Below, piece by piece: positions 25,596 to 37,945 of a DNA stretch of 64,000 nt. This stretch comes from Catajapyx aquilonaris (taxonomy: Eukaryota): positions 1 through 64,000 of the forward strand of contig KZ538389.1 in assembly GCA_000934665.2 (NCBI GenBank), written 5' to 3'. The stretch's first letter is position 1. Every line of letters begins with the position of its first letter. A program made the position numbers and the translations under genes. The notes beneath the pieces are model-generated. The model did not search any database. It was given only the letters and a program-made list of their open reading frames with translations, and was not told the DNA's origin.

Positions 25596-27833
25596 AGCGA
25601 AATTGGACTAACTTGTATGTGAGCAACCACCGACATTTCACGATTTTGTGAAACTGTGTTGCGTTTGTTTTACGAGTGTCGTCACCGGTACTTATACCCA
25701 CATTGAACAAACCTTCCCGTTCCTCTTTCCCAGTTGCGAGAAGTACTCTAGTGCCATCAGGCTAGTGAAAGTACATGGACTGAATCTTTTATACACCATC
25801 ACGATGGCACTAGAGTGTCTCTTTCACCAATTTGGGGCCCAAGTTTTCCCATAGGGTCTTTATGTGAAAGGTTTCACGTGATGCTATCTCTCCATTAGCA
25901 CTTTGGACCCTCCCCAAAAAATAGCGAATGGAACTCCCTCCCCTTTCGTATTCCCTCCAGGCGGAATTCCCCGTCATTTTTTTTTTTTTGCCATCTTCGG
26001 CGTCCTTTTGTGAATATGGGGCTACCGATGCTGAAGGAGGTTGCTCGTACACAGTATATGCGACGAGAAGGTAGATAAAAGGGCGTAAAAAGGGTGGTAG
26101 GACCCGTTTTGCGGTGATGAAACCGTCTTCTTAATAACCGCCTGTAGGCTTTCTTCATTCATTTTTTTTCTTTCACTTGGTCGTAATATGGACGTGGCCC
26201 TTTGATGTGTGCTCTATAAGCTATGGCTAGAGGATTATTCATGTTTTGATGCCAGATAGGGCGAGAGTTGAGGGTTTTCACCGCGCGGTGAATCATTAGC
26301 TCTAATTAGCAGGCCTTTATGGTGGCGCTATACATGATAGAAACAATCCTGTTTACAAGAAGTCTACTTTAGTCGCAATCATCTGAAGGTAGCGTGACTC
26401 ATTGGTTACAGAATTTTACGTAACCATGGGTGACCTCAGCCTTGAACAGTTTTTCATTTTTGGCTAGGTCAAGGCCGCCTATCTCGTTTCCAAGCAAGAT
26501 TTTTGACTCCTCAATGCCACAGGCTATCTGCCATATTGCTACGCTAATTAGCCTAATTAACTGACATGTATTTACATGAGAGAATATTACAAAATCACTC
26601 GTGACATTTATTGTCTCTTTTTAATAGAAAAAAAGTTAAGCTAATAATGAGGAAAGGTTTGGATGTCTACATCGACCATTAAAAGAAACAGGCCGTAATT
26701 ATTTTATATCTTGGGAACCGCCCTGATTAGTGCGAATTTTGTTGCCGTTTAATTACGAGTTATAACCGGATTTTCAGCGCAGTGATATGCACATCACGAA
26801 ACTGGGGGGTTGTTGGGATGGGTTCTCACAACATGCAAAGCGTGTGTCTTCGGCGTTATCGGCGAATTCCATACCTGGTTTTTGCAGTTATGCCAGGAAG
26901 TCAGATTGATGACGTCGATGAATTGACGTGGAAGGGTGATGGTTGTTCATTTACGAAACATTCTTGGTTGGAAAAAATATATGCCAGCAATAGGTCACGT
27001 ACTCAAAGCATGACGTGATTTGAAAGTGCGCCTTTCATATCGGTACGTGCATTTTCTGTGCTTCACACCTTTTTATAAGTGGGAACAGAATTTGATTTAC
27101 GCTAAATCCCTATGCAAACTAACCCAGCATAACTTTAACATTAGTCAGCCTTATATAGCTGCATATATACCTACCGAAATGTCCAGGATATGCCTGGCCG
27201 AAACTTTTTTTGGCAGCTAGTAACAATTTTGTACCGCTGAACTTTGCATTTTTACTAATCCAGGTAATATCAGTGTTTAATCAACAATAAGGTCAGGTGC
27301 GCACTAAAAGGTATGCACCGGCTTGGTGTATAATAGAGAAAGAAAGATTACGCGATGATCCCAGTTGGTGATGCCCCAATTCTAAAATGCTCAGGCACAC
27401 ACTGTGTCGTCACATACGAGATAAACTCCCACCTGATACCAGTTCAACATCCTCGGAATTACATACCACTGGTGATTGGGGCCTCATCAGCGGTAGTCGC
27501 TGCAAGACTACCACGCGTGAATTTTTTTTAAAAAAACCGGGCGCCTTAATATATTTTTTTACATATATATCGGTTGGTTAAATACTTTCTCAAGGATATC
27601 CAGTGTGTGCAGGCAGGCCTATCTGGATCGCAGGTACCAAGGTCAGGCTGTGGTGTTGTGTTTGAAGTCGGGTTGCGTACACAGCGAGCGATTCGTGTGT
27701 CCAGCGGCGGTGTGCATAGGGTTAGCCCTTTTGTGGCGGTGCATCCGGATAATTGTTGTTGTAGAGATGTGGATCGCAGTGGACAGGCTGGGTTGGTGAT
27801 GTTGGGCAGATGGGAGTTGTGGAGGTGGTCAGC

Positions 27834-27880
27834 ATGGGGCAGACCATCTGCTGCTTCACCTATGGGGCCATCTCTGGAAA
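27834..27880 (+). CDS. Candidate alternative first coding exon (MGQTICCFTYGAISGK)
   Basis: Donor AAA|GTGAGT at 27881 in phase 2, in-frame ATGs at 27810 and 27834, upstream in-frame TAG at 27762. Confidence 0.55.
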
Positions 27881-29967
27881 GTGAGTAACTGTATAGGTCA
27901 GGACTTTCATTATTGTGAAAGTTTATGGGCAATCTATGCAGGAATTCTGCAATTAGCAGTATTGTCACGAAGTGTGTTTAATTCAAACGTGCGGGTGTCA
28001 ACCGCAATGATGTAGTTTTTTTTAAATATACATTTCATAGTAGGGTATTAATATCCGATGCCTTTTTGCATGGGGTATGCGTAAATTTTTCGGTTTAATA
28101 AAACATTGAGCGCAGTGATTAACTCGGTGTATTTATAGTCGCGGAAGTTTTTATACACAGTGGAGTATTTCGCAGCATTATGCATAGGACGTCGGTAATT
28201 ACATCTGGGATGAGGCCATTTCAAATGCATTTACATGACATAATTATATATGAGCAGATTGCAAGAAGTTTTTTTTGCATATGTATATGGGCCGACGTGT
28301 TTGCCCCAAGGAAGTGTCATTTTTTCCTTAACAAGGAAATGTCGCATGCGGGGCCTTTAAATAATCCATTTGCATCGCACTTGCGTCGCAATCCTTTTTG
28401 CAACCAGCAGACGACGTCATATTAACACCATTTATTGACAAGTTACGAAACAGACTGGCGGTGATTTCATTGAAGAGTCTGTCGCTCGGGTGACATCCAA
28501 GACTTAACATTTGCACTGATGCATCCTTGGCGACCCAATGGACATCGCACCTTCATAAGGTGCTCGGCTTAATTGAGATGTCAGGTGCGCCTAATTATCC
28601 CTGGCATACTTCCGACACCATCGGGTGCTTATCGTGTCACATCATGCTGGGCGTGGTGGGCTACTTCTCACATTTACATTTAGGCAGACATTTTTCCCCG
28701 TAGCTTTTAATGTGGGTGAGAGTATGGGACGGGGTGAGTGTCATGTCAGTAACGAGCCCATCCCCCTCCCCCCACCCCCTGGAGAGACTGCACGTCGGCA
28801 TTAATTAGGCCAAGAGATGTAGGTACCGCCGTACTAGGGTACCCAGCTTTTGATGCAGCCTCTAACTGTGCTTGCAGTCGTCCCTTCAAGTGGTGCTGAT
28901 GACACTTCATTAAATGTGAATCACCAAGAAGTGGGCTTTGATTGAAATGGTACGCCTTCAACAAGGTGGACTCGGATTGTTTGCCTCCGTTTTATCACGT
29001 GTCTTGATGGAGATAACTGCGCAACTGCATAAGATAAATTGTGCGCTGTTTATTGAGGGTGAAGATAGACTAGGATTTCCCTGACAAGGCCCTATTACTA
29101 TGGGCGGGGGTAGCAGGGGGGCTAACGAACTTTGCGGAGGAGAATTTATGGCCCATGAAAGGAAACAAGGGATGACACCGTCTGTAATACCCTGTCGGAT
29201 AGCGTTAATATTTTCTTAAATATGTTTTGAAAGCGGTTAGAAGTGATACCCTACCACCTCTTTTGGCTCAAAATGTGTTCTGCCATTTTTTGCCCAATAT
29301 TTGAGAGCATTCGGCACACGTTTACCTTGGGCAAAATCCGTGGAAAATTGATGCAGCCTGATGTTACATTAGAGTACAATATTACTCAAGAGGCCCTAAT
29401 ATCCTGGTTTTGAGGACGGTATCAATGGCTGTGAAAAATAAATCTATATAGTGTCGGACAGGACGCAACTGCATAAACGTCATGTTCCAAAATTAGAGCT
29501 CGTTTTTAATGCACTGGTTGGGAGTGACTGGTTAAGCGTTATCATTTTAAATGACGCCTGGCGACAGAGGCTGATGTATTACAATGAATATTTTAGGCCT
29601 GTAGAGAGTATATTTGACTGTGTAGACCCCCAACCCAGACTCTCATCCTGTTTTACTATCGATCCAAATTGCAAAAGTTGCGTAAATACAGAGAGTGCAG
29701 ACATATTTTAATCGATATACGCGGGCGCAGAATTGGGAGAAGACCAAAGAAATATAGAGAGGAAGCGCGTTACAAATAGTACTTTCTTCCCTGTATGTCA
29801 TCTCTCGTCCTGTCACATCACAGCTCGACATTCAACGGATCCGGACTGGCAGTCACGGTACTTAAGTGTGTGTGTGTATATATATGTGTGTGTCAATATT
29901 GTATGTGGCTGTATGTTTGTGAGATAATCGGGCAAAGGATAACGTGGTTTTTTTAAAATGGTTTCAG

Positions 29968-30130
29968 GAAGGCGATAGCGTCGGAAGTTCAGATCTGCGG
30001 CGAGAACGGCGAACCTCGAACCCTTCGAAGCACTGTGGAATGGAGCGAAAGCGTCGTGAATGGCGACCACCTCTGGGTGCCCACGTCGGCTTCCGGTGAC
30101 CTCTGCTACGTGGGAGACGCCGATTGCTGC
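29968..30130 (+). CDS. rdgA: DGK first constant exon, start of C1a domain
   Basis: tttcag|G...TGC|gtaagt; translates KAIASEV...LRSTVEWSESVVNGDHLWVPTSASGDLCYVGDADCC. Confidence 0.92.
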
Positions 30131-33100
30131 GTAAGTCTTATTGTTGCGACACGTGACATTTTCCACGGCACGGATGAGCACCATCCCCCCCCCCCCCCCA
30201 AAAAAAAAAACCCTGGCCTCATTTCTCAGCGGTTGTGACCTTTGGCCTGAGGTTTGTCATTTGAAGGTGGGCCTGAATTGGTCACGGTCACCTGTTTACA
30301 GCCATGATAAGTTGCGCTAAACCCCATCCTTTACCAAATAGGTGCACTGTAGGGTCTTAATTTGCGCGCAGTCTGTACCGCCATGCTAATTAGGTGTAAG
30401 TGACGCTTAGTCCTGAATGACACTCCAGTCGCCAAATATATAGTGAAACAGGTTATGCAGTTAGCTTCAGACATAATTGTCGCTCAACCGGCTCCAAGCC
30501 TTGGTATTATTCTAGAAATTTGTCAAAAGAATGATTTAATGCCTCCAAATTGTGTTTTAACGGGCGTTACGCGTAGCACTTTGATTGTTATTTAGCACGT
30601 TATTGCAGGTCACGGTTCAGTAGGCGGTTGCAATATTTTTCACGCTGGTGTAACACTGATCGAATTCGTATCATGCTGAAGGTCATTCCAAGGGAATTTT
30701 CTTTCCGACCTCCAAATGGAGGAGGATTTCCTTTTTTGTGCGTGTCTGTGCATTTTCAAGTAATATGAGATTATTTTCTACTCTTTTTTCTATTTAATGC
30801 TTTCTTCGTGGCAAGACGAAGCTGAAAGATCTATACTGGAATATCGACAGAAATATCGGTATATTTAGCATCCTTTCTCGTCGCTATACTTCCACGCATC
30901 TAATTTCCTATGGATGTTTTACTAAGCTCGGGGCGAGAGAGAAGTAGAAAGGCATAATTTGAGAAATAAGGTTTTGCAGTGGTCCGCTCTCATTTTTAGT
31001 GGAGGTTGGTACCGACAATTAATATAGTTTAATTATAGTTGAAAAATGAAACTAAATTATTATTTGTTGCGGATAGCTCAAGTTGTGAAAGTCCGAGCGT
31101 TAAAATAACGATTTGACAATAATTTGTCCTATATTTCCGTGCACCACGAACGCTATAAAAATAGTTCATTGCATTCAATTCATAAGTGGGAGGACATTTG
31201 CGTGTTTTCACCAATTTTAAGCTAGTCATATGATCACGCTTGCATGCACTTTTTTGTATTTCATCCTGCGACTAAGCAGTCGAGGTAAAATAATTTATTG
31301 CAATTGTAATTTTAATAGACAGCTTGAAATTTTTGCACACTGGTATAATGGTTTGTGACAATATTAAACTGCAAAATTGCAACTTTCAATTTTATCCTGA
31401 TTGTCACTTCTCATATGGTCAGTAGAAAAGAAACTGAGTTTTACTTAGGCGATGTATATTAGCAACAATCTCCACTAAAATTGAAGCTGGGCACTGGATA
31501 ACCAAGACTTTCTCTCTGAGTCATTCCATGGAGCTGCTATTGTTGCAGCCCAACAACGGATGAACGCACGCGTTTTCAAACAGAAATTAGACCGGGTGAG
31601 GAGGCAATATGTATTAGAATCTGTGAACGTAGACACGTAGTATAGAGAAGATGGCTCACCACCGAAAGCCCTTGGTATGTGCAGCAGAACGGATATTGCC
31701 AGGAAGTACAGGAGGAGTTTCTAGGTGCGAAAATAGTATAGCCTAAGGGGCCTTTCTGAATCAGTCGGAATTCCAACATTTGGACGTTAATTTGTTCATG
31801 TTCAGTTCACTTGCCAAATAACTCGTAGTTATAATGAAAATTGACGACGAGCCACCAGGCCGAGGCATTACACACTGCCACCTACGAAATTGCTTATTTA
31901 CTATCGTTTGTTGTGACAGCTTTAAGGAGCTATTTGGCCTAAAGCACTCCCCTTACTTAGCAAAGGCTCGACTCAGAATAATCAGGCGTATCATTGTCAG
32001 TGTTGCCTCACCCTGCAGTCCAGCTCTCGTACTACATTATTGCGGCAACTGCCTACCATATAAGCTGACGGTTGTTGCTGCAATGGGCCATTACAAGGTC
32101 GGGAAGCCGGTTACGTCATTGTAAATTACGCCCCCGTGAGAAAGTAAATAAAAATAACAATTGTTGGGAACCATCTTCCGGCGGCCTTGCTGACGCTAAC
32201 TCACGCGTGCAGGGTACCTATCTCTAATAGTACAGTGTTCCGTAACCTGAGGGGCGGGCATACCTTTCCCCGGTACATCCGTAGCACAAAGAGCTGGTCC
32301 ATTATGTGCAGAATCCTGGCAACAAAGTGGTCCAATCTCGATAAAATGTTCAGCTTTTTGGGTCCCAAGCAATGTAATTGCATCGGGACGTGAAGTAACA
32401 GCGGCGTAATTGATTAAAAGTTTTACAGTAAAGCGTACCTCCGATATTGAAAGCATGGGGAATGCCAGTTTTTTATTTTTTTATTTTTTTTATAAAGGCG
32501 AGCTCTCTGTTCCACTTCTCTTGAGCAGGGCATGAATGGAAGAGCTTTTGAATGAAGGAACACGGAGGAATTTAAAGGCAGCTTTCCCAGCTTCACTTAT
32601 ATGAGATGCTGGGAAATTCAAAAATTCCACGCGGGCGTGCTTTAACCTGGGGGAGAAGACACGACCAAAAAAAAAAACCTTGAAATCACCTCTCATACCT
32701 GGCCGGTTGCACAATCGAATGGTCGGCATGTGCGAACATGGCCAAAGCAGAGAGTCAACTTGAAAACAAGGTTCATATGTGATGGCAATATTTCCGTATC
32801 GGTGAGCAAGGTCACACAAGTTTAGGTGAATGTAGCTGACAAAGTACAGTGGAATCTACGAATCTTCCTATACTGTAAGCACATCGGATAAAGTCGGTCC
32901 CTATTCATATTTACAGCAGCGCCAAGCGGAGACATGTTACATAATTTTACTTATTTCTCGTGGCCTCAGCCCCCCCCCCCTCCCCGATTGCCGGGGGAGC
33001 CCCCCATGTAAAGGCCTATCGGGGTATACAATAAAACTAAACGAAACTATTAACCTGCGGAACCGAATAATTTTAGCGCCATCAATTTCAAAAAAGTTAT

Positions 33101-34240
33101 CCGATTTGCCTTGTCAACATTGAAATTTTTTTCCCGATCATATTTGACTTGTGCATTAATAGCGCATATTTGAAGATGATTAAATTGTGGATATTGCCAA
33201 ATGTACGCACGTGGAGACTCTTGCATTTGCATCACACCACAGAGAGCCTATAACACGGTACTGTATGCGGCATGCACTGTAGCATATTCCACTGCACAAC
33301 TGCGTGTCACTTTAGAGCGTTAGATGCTTATACTGCGTGTTAGTCCACCTAGTTATCCACTGCGTTGAAACTGCGTAATTTAATGAATTAGTTTCATACC
33401 CCGAAATGAGGCAGTTCCAGTACTGGGATTAAATAGGCACTCATTGTGTTTCCCGTGAACTCTAGTACTGTACCGCTCGCTTGAAATAAGTGCCCTACTG
33501 AACGTGTGGTACTGCACATAGACCGATTGTAAGATGTAATCGAAATGATTTGGCAACGGCGCCGTGCCTACAGTGCGTGTACGTGCCCAAAGTCTGGCAA
33601 TTTGTAAACTGCCATCATGCAATTTAAAGCCGATTTGTCATTCTTGCGCACTTGGCCTTTTTGTGACAAGGAAGGTCACCCGCAGTGAGTCGCTAAATAA
33701 GTGGCGGGATTTTGGGTCATTAAAAAAAAACTATTACTAATAAAAAGGGCGGTATGCCAGGGAGGGGTTGACTTGTTACAATAAATTCATCATGCAAGCC
33801 AGGCTGGCATGCGAGTATAATGCACCAGGGACTAAAATTGCGACATATTCCTTAATTAATTAATTATATTTGACAACTGATAGTATGGAATATAGTGAAT
33901 TAAAATGTGAATGCCCGTACCCCCGGTGTGGGTCAGCAGCAGGCAGGGTAGTCCCACCTGGCAGCTAATGACGTCCTTCTCGAGATGAGTGTTGCTTGGC
34001 AACGGAGCCGCAGCAGCATCCGGATTCACATCAAATAGGCAGGCCATACCTGCCGCCGCAGTTGCTGCACCCCTATGATTTTCCCTGGCCTGAGGCACCT
34101 TTTGTCATATCCGTAACATTCCCCCCACCCATCTTGCACATCCTCCAAACCACCAGAATGTACCTTGTTTCGCTTTGATCAAGGGGCTTATGTTGTCTAC
34201 CGGATGATGGTGCATGGTCTCTTTTTTATTGTTGTTGCAG

Positions 34241-34444
34241 AAGCAGGGAGCCAGGCTGAAGTGCTCGGCCTGCAAAATCATTGCTCACACTGGTTGCATC
34301 AACCATCTCATGGACAAAATGAAGTTTACGTGCAAGCCAACATTCCGAGACGTGGGGATTCGGCAGTACCGGGAGCAGACGGTCATCAACCACCATTGGG
34401 TCCATCGACGTAGCCAGAAAGGGAAATGCAAGCAGTGCGGAAAG
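34241..34444 (+). CDS. rdgA: DGK exon, end of C1a and start of C1b
   Basis: ttgcag|AAG...AAG|gtacgc; KQGARLKCSACKIIAHTGC...CKPTFRD...HHWVHRRSQKGKCKQCGK. Confidence 0.95.
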
Positions 34445-34948
34445 GTACGCGCAATTGGTCAACTTATCTGCCAGATGAAAATGAAAACCAAAATGACATC
34501 GGCCGGTTGCGATTTCAAATTGTAAACGAAGATTAAAATCGGATTTTTGCAATGCCAAAATACAGGGTGTTGTATAGTGTCACTTTTTCAACTGACATTT
34601 TAGAAACAACTTCCGTTAAAAATTGTGGCGGTTCGATGCACAATTTAACCTGGAACATATCTTTCGAAAAGTTGGCACCACACTTTCCCTGAGCTCATGA
34701 AAAATGAAGGGAATAATTATTGAAGCCTGTGAAAGTGGGGAAAAATTTATGGCGCAGTTTTTGGAACTTGGATAGATGTAATACCGGAATTATTAAATTG
34801 ATCATTGATCCTGGTGCGTTAGAAGTGTTGTGTTAAAATGAAATGCAAAATACCTGTGTACATAATTACATCATTATAGGGAGTATCAAAATATGGAGTG
34901 CCCAATTATGTGCAAAAACTACGCGGATATTATTTTTTAATTGGCCTT

Positions 34949-34951
<3 letters not shown>

Positions 34952-35018
<67 letters not shown>
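34952..35018. repeat. (GA)n microsatellite
   Basis: Direct reading; explains the RERERE ORFs. Confidence 0.95.
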
Positions 35019-35022
<4 letters not shown>

Positions 35023-35744
35023 ATATATACTGTATAGATACTATAACATAAAAATGTTTTTTGTTGTTGTTTACAGAGGGTGAATTCTGTTCACCTGTAA
35101 AGGCTAAATCCCTGATTATCTCAAACTGGTTTTAGCCACACAGCATTGCACAAGGTATTCTAGATTCTCACATTGTAGGCCCCAGGTAAATACACCAGAC
35201 GCATTAAGTGAACCATAATATAAGCGAAGGCAACAGAGGTGCATTAATATTCCAAGCGATTGCACTCGTTAGACTGTTTACCAAGCAATTAACAATTAGC
35301 AGAATGTGCTGACTATGCCTTATGTACAGTACCTGCATCATTGACTCATGTCAAGTACACAATTAATTGTTATACAAATTAATAGAACATTTTAATTTTT
35401 GTGGGCTGCAAGGAGTTTTTTTTTTTTACAAAGTGGGACATTAGTGTGGAAGTAGTGATTAACTGACTGAGCCAATAACATTTTGCAGTCAATTCTTGTC
35501 CATTACTTTAAAAGTTAGTCAAGAGAAATTAGTGTGAGAATGGTTGAACATAAAGCATTTTGCATTTTGGCATTGCTTGAATTGTCCTTTGGTGCAGTAA
35601 TTATGGGTTTTTAAGGGTGTAAAAATTCATGCCCATATAGAATTGTGTTGTACTCAGGATTATTGATAAATGAATATGGCACAGTAGGGAGGGAAAGAAT
35701 TCATGATGGGCACCATCATGAATCTAATTGCTTTTTGAAATCAG

Positions 35745-35874
35745 TCTTTTCAGTCCAAGCTCTCCTTCTCATCAAAAGAAATCGTCGCAATCAGCTGCTC
35801 TTGGTGTAAAACGTCATATCATAACAAGGATACCTGCTTTAATATTCAGAGGATTGAGGAGGAATGTACATTAG
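35745..35874 (+). CDS. rdgA: DGK exon, C1b domain (too short for the ORF track)
   Basis: atcag|TCT...TTAG|gtatgt; [44 protein letters not shown]. Confidence 0.92.
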
Positions 35875-35938
35875 GTATGTATGACAGGATCGTTACATTC
35901 CATTGAAATAATTTACTGACCTTGAATTTTCTTGGCAG

Positions 35939-36066
35939 GTAATCATTGTAACATTGTAGTTCCACCAACATGGATTGTAAAATTACCAAAGCGAGGTAGC
36001 TTCAAGTCTAGTATAAGGAAATCTCCAAAGAAGAAATCAAGCAGTAAAAAGAGAAGCAAAGAAAAG
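35939..36066 (+). CDS. rdgA: DGK exon, MARCKS-like basic region / putative NLS
   Basis: ggcag|GT...AAG|gtacgc after a 64-bp intron; NHCNIVVPPTWIVKLPKRGSFKSSIRKSPKKKSSSKKRSKEK. Confidence 0.92.
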
Positions 36067-36144
36067 GTACGCATTTTCGTTTTAATGCTATAATATTAAT
36101 GCAAATGTTGAAATTTATGCCTTTTCTTTCTGCTTGTTCGTCAG

Positions 36145-36326
36145 AGCGAGAAGGACCAAAAAACTTTTGTGATCAAGCCCATTCCCTCAACTTCAATGAA
36201 GCCATTACTGGTGTTCATTAATCCCAAGTCTGGGGGCAATCAAGGTGCCAAGCTCATGCAAAAATTCCAGTGGCTCTTGAACCCTAGGCAGGTGTTTGAT
36301 CTTACTCAGGGTGGACCCAGAGCAGG
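36145..36326 (+). CDS. rdgA: DGK exon, start of catalytic domain
   Basis: gtcag|AGC...GG|gtgagc; [54 protein letters not shown]. Confidence 0.95.
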
Positions 36327-37339
36327 GTGAGCATATTAGCATAATTTATTCTCTAATTGAATTTTTAAAAACATCCTTCATTTCGCTTGAGGGAAAATGC
36401 CATGCAAGGGTACTGCTTTGATTTTTCATTTTTTAAGAAGTGCATTTACAAGTAAAATAATTAATTAAAGATACTTTTGCGAAATGAGATTTGTAATAAA
36501 TTTGATATATTGTATTTAATCAGGCTTTCTAGTTGCTGTATTTAATTATAATCTAGCGAGCAATTTATGAATAAATATCCTGCTAGGAGTACCACATGCT
36601 CAGGCTGTTTGTGATACTTCTTGGTAGTTGTAATTGTAACTGCTAGATTTTGATTAGGTTAATGTAAATATGACAAGGTGAGATGATGTGTTCATCCCGG
36701 CCACACCTAGTGATCAGCTCAGGCTGAGTTAGTTGACTGCACTGAAGTCCCAGTGCATCATAATTTTAGTAAGTCCATCTTGTACATCATGGTTGGATCA
36801 GGTGGATCAGTATCTTAAAGGGACACTCCACTCAAAATACACGTTGGTGTCTAAAAATCAGGCAAAAAATCCTGATTCCGAGAATGCGATCCGTTTTTCT
36901 CTGCGGCGAACGGTAATCCGAAAAATATATCTCAAAGTAGGCCTGCTGCAAACACAAACGTCTCCCCACAGCCGGAACCCAGACCCGAGGCAGGGCCACC
37001 TAGAGACAAGGCCCGGGCGCCGGAATCATGACGTCACGCTAGGGGGCGAGCTCCTCCGTAAGCGGACTATGGCGGGAGCACATTTTTGTACACGTTTTCT
37101 CTATTATTTTCATGCCAATGCATCGGAGGATCATAACACCCTCTAATTGATATCTGGGCAATGATTTGGTGATTACAACGATGTGAAAAAATCGCACATG
37201 TTTTTGTTTGACAGTAGTCAATGGTGGGGGAGAACCCAGCTGTCCTTCGTCCAGATGTCAATCACTTATTCCCTCGAAATTATCCACTCTGATTTAGATA
37301 ACACTGGTCTACAAAATTGTTGTATAATTGGTCTACAAG

Positions 37340-37482
37340 TGTTGGGTATGTACTGTATGTAATTATCAAGAGCTAAATGGTATTATGTTGGGTATGTACT
37401 GTATGTAATTATCAAGAGCTAAATGGTATTATGTTGGGTATGTACTGTATGTAATTATCAAGAGCTAAATGGTATTATGTTG
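37340..37482. repeat. 46-bp minisatellite, 3 identical copies
   Basis: tgttgggtatgtactgtatgtaattatcaagagctaaatggtatta starting at 37340, 37386, 37432. Confidence 0.95.
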
Positions 37483-37945
37483 TGTAATGTGCTAATTTTG
37501 GTTCAATGCTTATGAGTATAACTTGCATGTTACGTTTGGACTCTTTCCGCAAAATAGGAAATATGAAACAATATTAAAATTAATACTTTATAATTTAAAA
37601 CCCCATTGTTATTAATTATTCCTGCACTTCTTCCTCGTGCCTGACATCCTTCGTCTTATATATCGCCGAATATGCAGACACATTGCACACATACTAAATC
37701 GAATTTGGTGCCGTTGGAATCCCCACATTCTTTCCCTGACATCAATTAGAGGGTGTCATGGGCCTCCGATGCATTGGTATGACGAAATTCGCTGAAATGT
37801 GTACAAAAACGTGCTCCCGCCATAGCCCTCTTATGGAAAAGCTAGCCCCCTAGCGTGACGTCACAGCGATCCACCCGTTCCCGCGCCCCGGCCTTGTCTC
37901 TAGGTGCCCGAGGACACCCAGCACTAGGCCCACTACCCAGCACTA

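Noticed and set aside
28704..28733. 30-nt micro-exon between ccccgtag and gtgagt
   Set aside because: In-frame TAA in the required phase.
23065..35083. Poly-Tyr, poly-Val, poly-Leu and RE-repeat ORFs
   Set aside because: Translations of (TAC)n, (AAT)n and (GA)n microsatellites.
37340..37482. Possible CRISPR-like array
   Set aside because: Three contiguous identical 46-bp units with no unique spacers, in a eukaryotic intron; a minisatellite.
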